Of a stretch of 64,000 bases of DNA, positions 27,601-37,332 are shown piece after piece. The translations under genes were made by a program, and so were the position numbers. The notes below the pieces were generated by a model. The model was not told the DNA's origin. It worked only from the letters and a program-made list of their open reading frames with translations, and did no database searches. How positions within the stretch are numbered: position 1 is the first letter of the stretch; each line of letters begins with the position of its first letter. This stretch comes from Antedon mediterranea (taxonomy: Eukaryota > Animalia > Echinodermata): positions 27,401,648 to 27,465,647 of the forward strand of contig NC_092673.1 of assembly GCF_964355755.1 (NCBI RefSeq), given 5' to 3'.

Positions 27601-30600
27601 AACTAAATAAGCCTACTGGTGGTACGGTAGTTAGGCCTGTACTGAAAAGTAATAATTCTGTATTCTATTAGTAGACTTAAGTCACCACTTTCCATAACGG
27701 ACATAAAGTTCATCAGCGGGCTATTTTTCCCTTAGCTGGAGTGTATTACACACCATATTCAAATGTATTTTTTTAAATTCAAATTTGCAAATCGCCGTCT
27801 AGCAGACTAGACGCAGCCCCTAATTTGAGATACAAACAAAATGTGTATGTATGATGACGTTGTCAGTGCACAGTGGTATGACATCTCGTACCTTCACGTT
27901 CCAATTCGACATCAAAGAACATTCCAACAGCGGAAATCATTTCGAAAAATGAGTCAAAAGTAGCTTGTTATTGTTAACTATTGTTTAGAAATGCAATATA
28001 TACAACTAGTAAAACTGCCAAAGTTTTAATGCATAAAAGCATTTTATTTTTTTTTTCAATGGAGCCCACGATTTGCTGTTTGTTTATTTCTGTCCCGTTT
28101 GTAAAATAACACTTAAAACATTATGATTTGTGAACTTGTAGGCCAAGTAGAAACGAAGATCGATTTGTTAATGCCGTTGTTAGATGTCAAATTTACAGCC
28201 ATAACTTGTCGGAGATTTTTATTGATCTGACAGAAACCGAATGACCGAAATTTGACACAAGAAGATGATATCGTAGATCCATGTAAAAAGTGAACATTGT
28301 GGGTTTTTTTTCCTCGGGGAGGGTCTGTTTTCGGTTTTTTTCCCCGGGGTGCTGTTTCAAACAGGCCTGACAAAGACCGTATAACTCGCGCACGGAATAC
28401 AGCCGAAACGGGTGAATGAAATGTTTTTAATACAATTAAATGGTACAAAACGAAATGTTTCCAATTTGCGCGTTTACTGGCCTTCAAAGAACTCTAACCG
28501 GTTTTTAGTCAATGGAGTCAAGTTTAGCCATCTTTTCAACGGACTAATTGTGTTTCTTTAAACACAACGCTCCGCATAATAAACGATGACGTAATGTTTG
28601 TTGATTCTCTTACGCATTTATCTTCTTTTTTCCACGATGGCCTTGCGTATGGATAGCCGATTTAATATTTGATAAGCGAAGGATTATTTGAACTCTCGCT
28701 TGTCATTGGTCAACACGCTTGCGTTGCGCTTACGTCCTTGCGTACCATATGTACATACGCACTCTCAATACCAAACCACCTGTCTTGATTCATAGATAGA
28801 TCTGAACCGAACCTCGGACGTTTTCAACGTGTTTAAACCGACACATTAAGCACATCTTTCAGTCATAGCAAACCTTTCAGCGTTGACCTTGTCACATACC
28901 GTTAAGTACTCTAGAGAAAAAAAATAGTACTTCTTTTTCGGGTTATCAAGACAAAAAAACAAGGTTGATTTTAACGAATACATTGATAGAAATATAGGTA
29001 ACCTTTTTTATATAAAGGTGAACCCAAACGGTAAACGCGAATGGTCATTTCTTGAACTGAAAGCTCAAACGTTCAAACACATAAATCACTCGAGGATTTT
29101 AAATACCGTAACCTAAAGTGCTACAAGATATGCAACGCGCAATGTGTCAAAACATCCGAATAATTGTTTCAGTAAAAACAAAGATAGTGTAGTAGTACTA
29201 CACTACCTTTGGTAAAAACATACACCACATCAGTATTTCTGACATAAATTGCGTACCATAGTTTACAGAAATCGGGAGAATGAGTGGATGATGGTTTTAG
29301 TTACTAGGGTATTGTTTATGTGAAGCTAAATCAACACGAGTTATCGTCGTCAAGCCTTGATTCTTGCTGTCTGTCAGCGCGCTAATCAAGGTCTATCTGT
29401 CACCTAAAGTGTGGCTATCCTTGTCAACTTGATTGCTACAACATGGCCTAGCGTGATGACGTATGTCACCCGTTACAGGTACAACGGGATAATCCACAAA
29501 TATTGTATGTGTAAATTCAAATGAATTATATAAATTCAGATGCAAATTAGTGGGGAAAATGGCAATGCTGTGGATATCAGTGGCTGAGTGAATATACAGA
29601 TACAAATATTAAAGCAAAAGCTAAATTAAAATAGTAAAGTAAAATAGTCGTAACAGCTTTTAGAAAACAGTATTCCCTCATCAGGGCTAATTGATTGTCG
29701 GCCCGAGAAGCCTCACACACTGTAAAGTATAGCTACGGAGAAGTACTACATATTATTTAGGCCTACCTACTACTAGGGAAGATTAAGCATCACTCGCTCC
29801 TCTCTGGTACGCATAACATCCACATTTCAACGCAAGAATAAATTATATTTGAGTTGACAACGAAATTGCGGTGGGCTAAAAATTAAGCATTATTTAAAAT
29901 ACATTTTCCCTGTGGCACACTTTTGTAAATTAGAGAGGGCCTACTGTCTAGAGATGTTATCACCTAACAACATTCAGAACACCTTCCCACGTTACGTGCC
30001 TTCGTATGATACGATAATTTAACCTACTTTTGACACCTTGTTAAGATATGATCAATGTATCACATTTTTGTATACTTCATCAACAATGTGCTAATTAACT
30101 TTGAATTGGACCGATCTAGGTATATGAATCTATTTGTATGTGTGTGGACACAGCACGCGTAATTTCCACGACAACGAGCGCGTGCCGATGCAAATCTGTC
30201 ACGTTGCCACTTGGACTTCCAACTGTTAACCCAATTTTGTTTTTAATTGCTACAGGTTGCTGTTTCATATAGGAAGTGTCCTCGCCCTGCACCCTTTTGA
30301 GTTTATCAGAGTAAATTAATTCTTTAGGCCCAGTCAGAGGTCTTGGTTTAGTGAGATGTTGTTCGTTTCAACTAGGTTGTAATGTTTCGTCAGGTGTGTG
30401 ATTCGTTAAGGTGGGTGTGTGAAGGTCAGGCCTAACCCTCATGGCGTTATTTAGTCTAAATTTAATTTCAATAACATTTAAGAAAATTTAAACTGTAAAT
30501 AGAAAACGCACTAAAATCGTGGAGCTTTGGTGACCAATCACAAGCGACAGTTTGAATAGTCCATCGCTTGTGATTGGTCAATTGCCTGCGCTGCGCATAT

Positions 30601-33600
30601 TAGGTTTTTAGTTCGGCGAAAGTAAACTGCTCTCAGGAAGGACGACGGCCTATTCGATTAAAAAATGACAATGACAGACGTTTTTACACACTGTGTATAA
30701 ATATTTGTCACCCATTTTGTGGTGATATGAAGATATGTGAAATCCACTAAACGAAAGTACCGTAATGTAAATGCATTTGATCGTGCCGAAAACTCTAATT
30801 CTGAATCCGTTACAGTACGGTGATATGAGTGAGTATATTATAAACATAATATGAATCACTTGATTAAACTTCAAAACGGTTGCCGCTCGGTCGCTGAATC
30901 TTTCCACAAACCCCAACTCACTTGGCAGTCATTTGGAACGAAAACAAAAATCTATTATCTGAATTTATTTTGACGACATTTGTATTCGTGAAAAACTAAT
31001 TTCAATTTGTTATATAACATAATTGAAAGAGTATAACACGTTCGGATATGGCGCCATGTTGAGTATTTGAATAACGTAGGACTTATGAATGCACTTGGCG
31101 CTGTGATGATGTCTACACCAACCCAAACTTCGGAACAGGGCTACACGATTTCCGGTTCGAATCTTTACAATTGTGGTTATTTATTTGTATTTCCATGCGA
31201 TTCCAGTCAATTGATTCCCTTTATTCAACTTTTAAAACTGAATGTAGCAATATCAGCAATATAAATATATCAAAAGTTCACTTTGTAAATCCAAAGTTGC
31301 CGGCGTACCATAACTTTCAATCTGCCCAAATATGGAAACGTTCAACGCTCGGTGATTGGTTGTATCAAATCACGTGGGATCTTTACAAGATCAAGGTCAG
31401 GACTTACGAGACTGATTGACGCTCGAGCGAATTGATTTTGTTGAGTTTATGAAGTGGTCCATGTTGTAACAAACTAAAGTTTATTTATTCAATACTATGA
31501 AAATCCATCAGCGCACAAACTCAATCATGTTAAGCAGATCGACAGGAAGACAGTTTGATCTATTTGACTTTCTGCATTCTTGAAATCTAACTAGTAGTTT
31601 GAACAAAATGATTCTCAAATGATAAATTTACAACCAAAATACTTCGGGTACATCAACACTTGACTCTAACAACAAACACATAGCATCAAACACGGCAATA
31701 ATTTCTAGAAATACATTCAAAAGCTTGAAATCACAACCGGTTATGTTTCGGAAAAACCTCCTAAAATATTCAAGAATTCGATACAAAGTTGGTCCTATTG
31801 ACAATGTTAGAACTACAGTATAAACAAGTTAATTAAACTGATATTTATAATTTATAAAGTGTAAATCTCTAAAAAAATTATTTTCTAAAAAAAGGGAAGG
31901 CCAAGCAAACAGCTACTTTCAGATTGAATTAGTGACTTGTCTATCTTCTGCAATCAATGAAGCAAAAATGATAGTGATAGGTATGCTTTTATACTATTGA
32001 GGTATATTTTACATAGGGTATTTATGTAACCTTGTGCGCCTATAGAGTTGTAATGAAACACAGGCAAATATTGTGCTTTTGCATATAAAGTCAAAATAGT
32101 CGTTGATTCGTTGCCAGTTTATCCTTGTTGTCCCAATTGTCATTCATTTCTTATATTTCAGGTCTAGCCTTGTGAAAGGGTAAATATTAGACACCTACCG
32201 GCGAAATAAATAAAAACATTCCGAATTGAATATCACAACTTAGTTAAGTTTAGACAAATAGATATCAATACAAATAAGAAAACATGGACTACCGGCCGCC
32301 AGAGGCTCACTACCTTACAGAAGTAAAATCAGTTTTAACGAAACCAACTTTGTCAGTCGGGCTATTAGTTCAGTAGTCTGTTCACATACGCGCACTTCTC
32401 AGCGCTTATTTTGACGAGTTCATTTCTAAATGATCAAGAAAATAAGCCTACAGAAATAAAATGGAAATCAAATCAAATTTCTAACTAATATTTGCTAAGG
32501 TTATTTGGAATACCGACTTAACTTAAGCAAAATCATTGACTTAAAAGCAAAGCTTTTTTAATACCAAAGACGTTTGATAAATCTGACACTTGACCACTAC
32601 TAGCCTTCATTCTATCTTTTTTTTTAACTGAAGCAAAATTCTTAGAATGAAGTGTACAGTAAATAATGTTTGTTTATTATATTCTTTGCCATAGTTCTAA
32701 ATCTCTGTTGCCAGGAGAAACAAAATGTTATGAGGCATGCTTTAAATTTCTTTCCCACAATGATGAATCGTGTTTTCAGATGAGATCCGACCGAGTGCCT
32801 TTGCCATCCGAGCCGCCACTCACCGTTCATGACAGCTTGAGTTTCCAACAAACTTTCGGGCCTAGCCGCTAGCCCCAGAATCCCTCCCTCTCCGTCATAT
32901 CAATTGGCACTGCGACTGTTGCCATTATCTGTGTATTTTCGATTGTTTGCGTGAGTTGACCTCAAAGATGCTCTATGGTGCGATTTCTTCCTTGAGGGGC
33001 CATGTTTTATCTGTCTGTCACGGTATTGTATTTTACTGGGAAACTTGAGAAAAAGAATTTTTATATATGGCACATCTACTAAACGACTCGGGAACTGACC
33101 CAACAACAAGACGCATAAAAAAGACCGGCGAAAATTATGATCATTTTATAGAGTAGCTAAACGTGACTTCACTGCAGCTATAAACCTCTAAATCACACCT
33201 AAAGGAACAATTTCTAAATTTATTTTATTACCTAATCACCCAAAAACACTGTCCACAATTAATTCACCTACTCCTTTCCCTATCATATAGTGGTTTTATG
33301 ATGGCATATTTCCCGTCTTTAACAACACAGGTCAAAATGTAAACTTAATATCGTTCTTTAAGTCTAACCTCTTTAAATTAAATGTGGTTTTTAAACAAAC
33401 ATATTACAGTATTATAACAATCCTATTATGCTGCACACTAGATATCATACCTGATGGAAGATCTGTATTCTCTTTGGGATACGTTAATTGTTATTGTTTC
33501 TATTGATTTATATCCGTTTGTAAACAATTTTCTGGGCCATTTGAGCAAGAGACACACGTTCTAAAGTCTAGGCCCTTTGGAGGAACCCGTCGTTTTATGC

Positions 33601-36600
33601 CAACTCCCAGTTGGACCGACAGTCAAATGTTACATGTTTTACAAATTAGAAATGAAGTTAACTACGCTACAGTGGTTATGTTACCGTGTCTATATACACG
33701 TTGTGATTGAACTATGCGTGACTCTAATGATTGTCTTTTGAATGTGCTTTCGACTCACTCGATATCATGGTAAAGCCATTTTACGGCAGCCAGCTACCAC
33801 TAACATTGATTGTAACGCTAAAATACATATTCATAATCATCAATATCATAAATGCCGCATATAGTTCAAATGGAAATAACTTCTAAATATTTATCTAGCA
33901 GTTGAAGTCTATGTTGGTGGCGACAAACGTGATCTTTTTTTGTTGTACGTCGTCTGTCCTCTAGCTAAATTATAAATGGTATAACCATATTAAGTAAATT
34001 AATGTGTAACGTCTGATACTTTTCCGTGTATTAGTGATCCCTGTAGAGTTTTGAGACAAAAACTATAACTAAATAAATAGATCTATAACTTTGTTAGTAA
34101 CGTTCAACGAATTACCGTCCGTGATTGGCCGAAAGTTGTTTATGGTTGAAGTGTTTGACGATGCGTAAAATGCATTTGTCAACAGTATGCACATTTTTTC
34201 AAATTCCTATTAACTATTCACAAAATCTCCGTTCAATCTCAATTCAAACTTTCTGTTATTGTTTTTTCGTTGTCGAAATTTTGTCGTCTGTTTTACATCA
34301 TTTTTGACAACCGACATACCAATGGTTGCTCTTCTTTATCTATGCAATTGATCGTTTGAGAAGTGCCTACCGGGCTTAGCAATAAGTTTTCATATTTCCC
34401 ACGTGTGAATTGAATTTCATCTAGGCCTAGTAGAAGCACGTACGAGAAGCACACAGAGCTGCCTCGGAGTCATGTAGGTTTCTCAATTTCCTCCCTAGGC
34501 CTAGATGCTCAAGCGACTCTCCATGCTTTCAGCGGTTCCGCAGCAGGCATACAGAGCCAATAAATTCTGCGGTACTTAGGAAAGCGAGTCAGCGATTACT
34601 GTTATAATTTGTAATTAATAGCAATGGAGATCAGTATGGGAGGGCGATGTATGACTGGCAGGTTACTAAATCAAGACTGCGATATGCGCCAGGCCTAGAA
34701 CTGGCTGTCGCCCTAACCCGGCTGTAACAGACATGAGAGGACTACGCAAGTTAAAGGCCAGTTAGACTATATCAACAACAAAATTCGTTGAGACGTTTTT
34801 AACTCAAACTCAATTACATCGCATAGTTTGAGATGCGCTAATATCGCCGTTGTATTGAATAATCGCTTAGGGTTGCTAACATTTGACTGTTTATAATCGA
34901 CCGAACAAGAATGAAAAAATACTAGATACATTTAAAATACGGTAAACAGACCTACTAAAAATGTATATTGTTATTAGGCCTATAGCTCATTAAACCATTG
35001 CAATAATATCAAAGCTAGAGATAAAAATATCGGAATCACACTTCGCTCTACATTGTCTATTATAATTACATAATAAAAATAATGCACACATCATTAGAGT
35101 GTGTACTGAAGACTCTAGTCCCAAATGGGGGACATCATCAATTGAAGCATGCTCCGTGTTATTATAAAATGTCCCAGTGTGCCCTTTACACTAATAGGAT
35201 ACAAGTGTAGCTTCTTGTAGTTACCGTACACGGGTACCTCACCTAACTGGTTAAATAACAGTGAATGTTGTTATTGTAAGTTAAAACACCGTTTTATGTA
35301 GAAAGTCGGGAAAGTAATTTCACGGAGTGACGGTAGTTAAGACGAGATTTTGAACATTTCTGTAAATGAGTGATTCTTCTTTGCGACAAAACTTTAACCT
35401 CTAACTTTGTTAGAACTTTCAGTCAAGCGCAGACAAAGAAAAAACAATCGCAATTAGGCCTAGGTGTTACAACATGAAAAACTGAACCAAAAATGACTCG
35501 TCCACAAAGCAGGTAAACAAGACTTAAGTTCGAAGCCCGTCAATTGCTCTTTTTATAACACAGAATTCCTAGTAAATCATGAACAAGCATGTATTGGAAT
35601 ATAAAAGTGCATAAACAGGAGTAATAAGTTTGTTCCAATCTCATTTTATTACCCATAAATTCCTGCTACAACGACCACCACCTTTAAAATACATGGGATG
35701 ACATTTTGCACAAATAGTTCTGCTGAAACATGAATCTTTTTACAGAGTAGGCGGCCTGGAGACCGTTTCCCAGGGCGCTCATGATCCACGAGGACGTGAC
35801 TATTTAACATGGGCATACTGAACATTGTTTAGGCCTAGCAAAATCGTAACTGTTTATTTATCACCATTATATTGACGACGATCAGTCGGTTACAAAAGTA
35901 CAAATTGTTTCGTTTTTAATGGTGTGATAAAACCCAGATAACCTATTCTGTCACGACATAAAGTCACTAGGCTAGAGTATTATGACTTCTTGTTTTACTC
36001 ACAGATATGTACACCAGTAATATAAATTCAATCAATGTCATTTATTTGTATACATATAAATATATCTTATTGATTTCGTTTAGATTTGTATAGATATGGA
36101 CACTTTGCTACTTTCAATATTTTTTTAGTTGTAATAAAAATATACATACTGCTCTGGCATTCGTAATTTGATAATAATATTTACGTTTTCTAAGTTTAGT
36201 AATACAGCAATAATCACGAAAATGGAATTTACTTCTGAATTCAAAGCTTATGATCGAATTGTTTATTTTATTCTAACACAGGACGTCAAAATATGCAAGA
36301 GCAGCGAACTGTTCCGAGAACTTTAAATAAAGTGACATGCAGTTAAACAACAAGTCTCACAAAACATATCCTCTAAATCTTGTACAGCTCAGCAATATCA
36401 AAATAAACACTATCGACAATTTTTAAAATATTAATGATGAAAAAATGATGTCAGTGAATAAGAGAAGAAAACTTCAGAAGTGCTGCCCAACTAGAAACAG
36501 AACCTAATTAAATATTTCGAAGCTTTGCACAATATTGGGTTTATCATTTGTGAAACTCATCAAGCAAAAAAGATTATAAAATGTTCTAATAGTTTCAATC

Positions 36601-37332
36601 TTCTATATCTTACAGGCTTTGATTTGGAAAACGGAATGGATAGAGACGGTTATGGCCAGCAGTCACGAACGAAGCGCATGCGCACATCATTCAAACACCA
36701 TCAACTCCGAACAATGAAATCATACTTCTCATTGAATCACAACCCGGATGCAAAAGATTTAAAACAACTTGCGCAGAAGACTGGATTAACGAAAAGAGTT
36801 TTACAGGTACGCAACATAAATTACGTTTAGTACAGAAAAAATTACTCATCTTCATTCTATGAGGAGAAGAATGAATTGTCTTAAAGGAAACGATAAACAA
36901 TAGTGCAGCCTAAACAATAATTCAACAGCAATTTATCTAACAAAATACACTTTTTATTTTCAGGTGTGGTTCCAAAATGCACGAGCTAAATATAGACGCA
37001 CAATGTTGAAAAAAGACGATGGAAAAGGCGGGAATGATTCCAGCAATGCAGCAGACGATAACGAAAAGAACGGCACAACAGATACAGAGGAGGCCGACTC
37101 ACCAGACCACATTGACAACGGTTCACATCTTGATGACGAAGAGGAACAGATGGGCTTAGAACACGATGATGACGACGATAATGATAGTCACGGCAGTACG
37201 TCATACATCGACATGGATGGCCCACCTTCGTCTGGGGCTAGCGACCGCACATCTAGTATTCCACCGCTTACTGAATTACAAAGTACATTAGATGACCATA
37301 TTTCTACGGGTTTCACGAATCTATTCAACTAA
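6523..37332 (+). CDS. LHX2/9: LIM/homeobox protein Lhx2/9 (apterous ortholog), 5 exons, about 406 aa
   Basis: Exons 6523-6618, 15337-15545, 17064-17419, 36616-36806, 36964-37332, all GT-AG and phase-consistent. LIM1 CAGCRGRITDRYYLLAADKQWHTECLRC; LIM2 CSRCNVGIPSGEMVMRARNLVYHLPCFSC; KGRPRKRK motif; homeodomain TKRMRTSFKHHQLRTMKSYFSLNHNPDAKDLKQLAQKTGLTKRVLQVWFQNARAK, diagnostic of Lhx2/9. Confidence 0.96.
10763..10880. mobile_element. MITE family A copy, truncated
   Basis: AAAGCTCTATCTACACTATCAAACT...CATATTTGGGCACAT. Confidence 0.75.
11531..12438. mobile_element. Non-autonomous PIF/Harbinger-like DNA transposon (about 0.9 kb)
   Basis: TIRs AGCCCCTTTCACACAG / CTGTGTGAAAAGGCCT with TTA on both flanks (11528-11530, 12439-12441); subterminal repeats TGTGTGAAA and GACGGTAATATT. 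Confidence 0.75.
11742..11761. mobile_element. Micro-palindromic CA...TG insertion (20 bp) with 7-bp direct flanks
   Basis: AGCAAGG-CAAAGAATATATATTCTTTG-AGCAAGG; perfect palindrome with an exact 7-bp duplication. Confidence 0.65.
12620..12765. repeat. Short degenerate tandem repeat, about 30-bp unit GATGAAAACGGTACGCGCGCGTTCAA
   Basis: 3-4 imperfect CpG-rich copies. Confidence 0.65.
15337..15545 (+). CDS. LHX2/9: Lhx2/9 exon 2 (LIM domain 1)
   Basis: TMPILNVETKPSSECAGC...IYCKEDYY; acceptor TTGCAG, donor GTAAAC. Confidence 0.96.
17064..17419 (+). CDS. LHX2/9: Lhx2/9 exon 3 (LIM domain 2 and KGRPRKRK motif)
   Basis: RFSSKRCSRC...VYCRMHYE...HKGRPRKRK; acceptor CCTCAG, donor GTAAAT. Confidence 0.96.
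17951..18083 (-). repeat. Dispersed repeat copy 1 (homologous to 29566-29690)
   Basis: Shared blocks TGCTGTGG.TATC..CAGTGG, AAGCAAAA(A)GCTAAAT, AAAGTAAAA and TATTC...TC.TCAGGGCT. Confidence 0.55.
20050..23372 (+). mobile_element. CR1-group LINE insertion in Lhx2/9 intron 3 (5' boundary uncertain, no ORF1 seen)
   Basis: Intact ORF2 followed by a roughly 190-bp T-rich 3' UTR, AATAAA at 23345 and a short GAATTGAATTGA tail. Confidence 0.85.
20211..23177 (+). CDS. Non-LTR retrotransposon ORF2 (APE endonuclease + reverse transcriptase), CR1 group, 988 aa, uninterrupted
   Basis: APE motifs LNCRS, FSETWL, RGGGVAFY, VYRPP, GDYN, IDNI, SDHFP; RT motifs NYRPISIL, QYGFR, FLDLSKAFDTIDH, GVPQGSILGPLLF, YADD, KFLG. 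Confidence 0.96.
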   Translation: MFECDLFDNVNVSTEYFNEDNLISSLEHSNLSSNFSIFGLNCRSVVNKFDLISNYLDSLVHAFSVIAFSETWLTEKDNINLYQLPGYSLIHNDRKDKRGGGVAFYVTNKLTYIIRNDLSSCMTEAETIFIEIELESRNNVICGIVYRPPSRSLQKFDDELTCVMQMINLEKKKAYLVGDYNINLLQQSTDNTIQSHLDTIFSQSFQPIIKSPTRISDNCASIIDNIYCNIDSFTTSLKSGILITDISDHFPIFCVDTLEKHNKQYPRFVYKRQYSPQQTEYFLQELQSNQWNDVLFSNNANVAYQNFTNTLNKTIDNCFPLKRIRNKANKLKSPWITAEIARAISQKHKLYKKYKQNNTTTNKSTYIHFRNKLTTTIRNRKKEYYMVQFERNKQDIKKTWTILNDIMGRKKTTNLPTKIKLGTETFSHNDEKADAFNSFFINIGEKLNNKFRHESQNEEITHRTFLKGNFTSSMFFKPVTEHELNHYIKNTKNTSPGHDGISAQLIKSASPFILKPLLHIINTSLSSGCVPADIKIAKVIPVFKNGDISDINNYRPISILPFFSKIFERIVYDQTICYLSKYNVLSKTQYGFRQHHSTSHALIQSIEKITNAIENKEFTLGVFLDLSKAFDTIDHDVLLDKLRFYGIRGVPLNWFSNYLKKRLQYTFIVNTASSKMTVNTGVPQGSILGPLLFLIFINDISLACNHVDMIMYADDTNVFYSHNDITQAFDTMNQELSILSDWFIANKLTLNVNKSKYVIFKARNKSADTTSLELRMGNECIVKATEVKFLGLFLDETLSFNFHVNEVANSISRIIGVLNKVKSMLSSKILLTVYNALILPRITYAITVWGATSATNLNRIHILQKKALRNICHVHFMHPSHPLFISTQTLNIFDLYTKHTAIFMYQYKHNLLPESFNNLFSTSASFHNYSTRNRSNYCPQLKRTKVGQQCISYQGTHIWNNLTDYIKQSPTLSLFKQRLKQYYNNRNI
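24076..24217. mobile_element. MITE family A copy
   Basis: TCTACACTATCAAA...AAGTTTGATAGTGTAGACAAAGCTTTA. Confidence 0.8.
25469..25529. repeat. 17-bp inverted repeat hairpin, probable MITE remnant
   Basis: AGCAAACGTCACGACGC ... GCGTCGTGACGTTTGCT. Confidence 0.55.
25953..26771. mobile_element. 819-bp foldback non-autonomous DNA transposon, IS3EU-like
   Basis: Arms of about 400 bp each; termini TATGGAACGCC...GGCGTTCCATA; exact 6-bp TSD CTTTAG (25947-25952, 26772-26777); internal 14-bp tandem GAATGAAATGTTTT in both arms. Confidence 0.85.
28680..28742. mobile_element. MITE family B fragment
   Basis: TCGCTTGTCATTGGTCAACACGCTTGCGTTGCGCTTACGTCCTTGCGT matches the family B internal/right arm. Confidence 0.6.
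29179..29211. mobile_element. Micro-palindromic CA...TG insertion (33 bp) with 7-bp direct flanks
   Basis: GTAAAAA-CAAAGATAGTGTAGTAGTACTACACTACCTTTG-GTAAAAA. Confidence 0.65.
29566..29690 (-). repeat. Dispersed repeat copy 2 (homologous to 17951-18083)
   Basis: Same conserved blocks as copy 1; minus strand carries GCCCTGATGAGGGAATA. Confidence 0.55.
30531..30595. mobile_element. MITE family B internal fragment
   Basis: TGACCAATCACAAGCGA...TCGCTTGTGATTGGTCA inverted repeat. Confidence 0.6.
36616..36806 (+). CDS. LHX2/9: Lhx2/9 exon 4 (homeodomain helices 1-2)
   Basis: RTKRMRTSFKHHQLRTMKSYF...KRVLQ; acceptor TTACAG, donor GTACGC. Confidence 0.97.
36964..37332 (+). CDS. LHX2/9: Lhx2/9 exon 5 (recognition helix VWFQNARAK and acidic C-terminus)
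   Basis: Acceptor TTTCAG; ends ...GFTNLFN*, resembling the Lhx2/9 C-terminal TNLF motif. Confidence 0.96.
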   Translation: MWFQNARAKYRRTMLKKDDGKGGNDSSNAADDNEKNGTTDTEEADSPDHIDNGSHLDDEEEQMGLEHDDDDDNDSHGSTSYIDMDGPPSSGASDRTSSIPPLTELQSTLDDHISTGFTNLFN

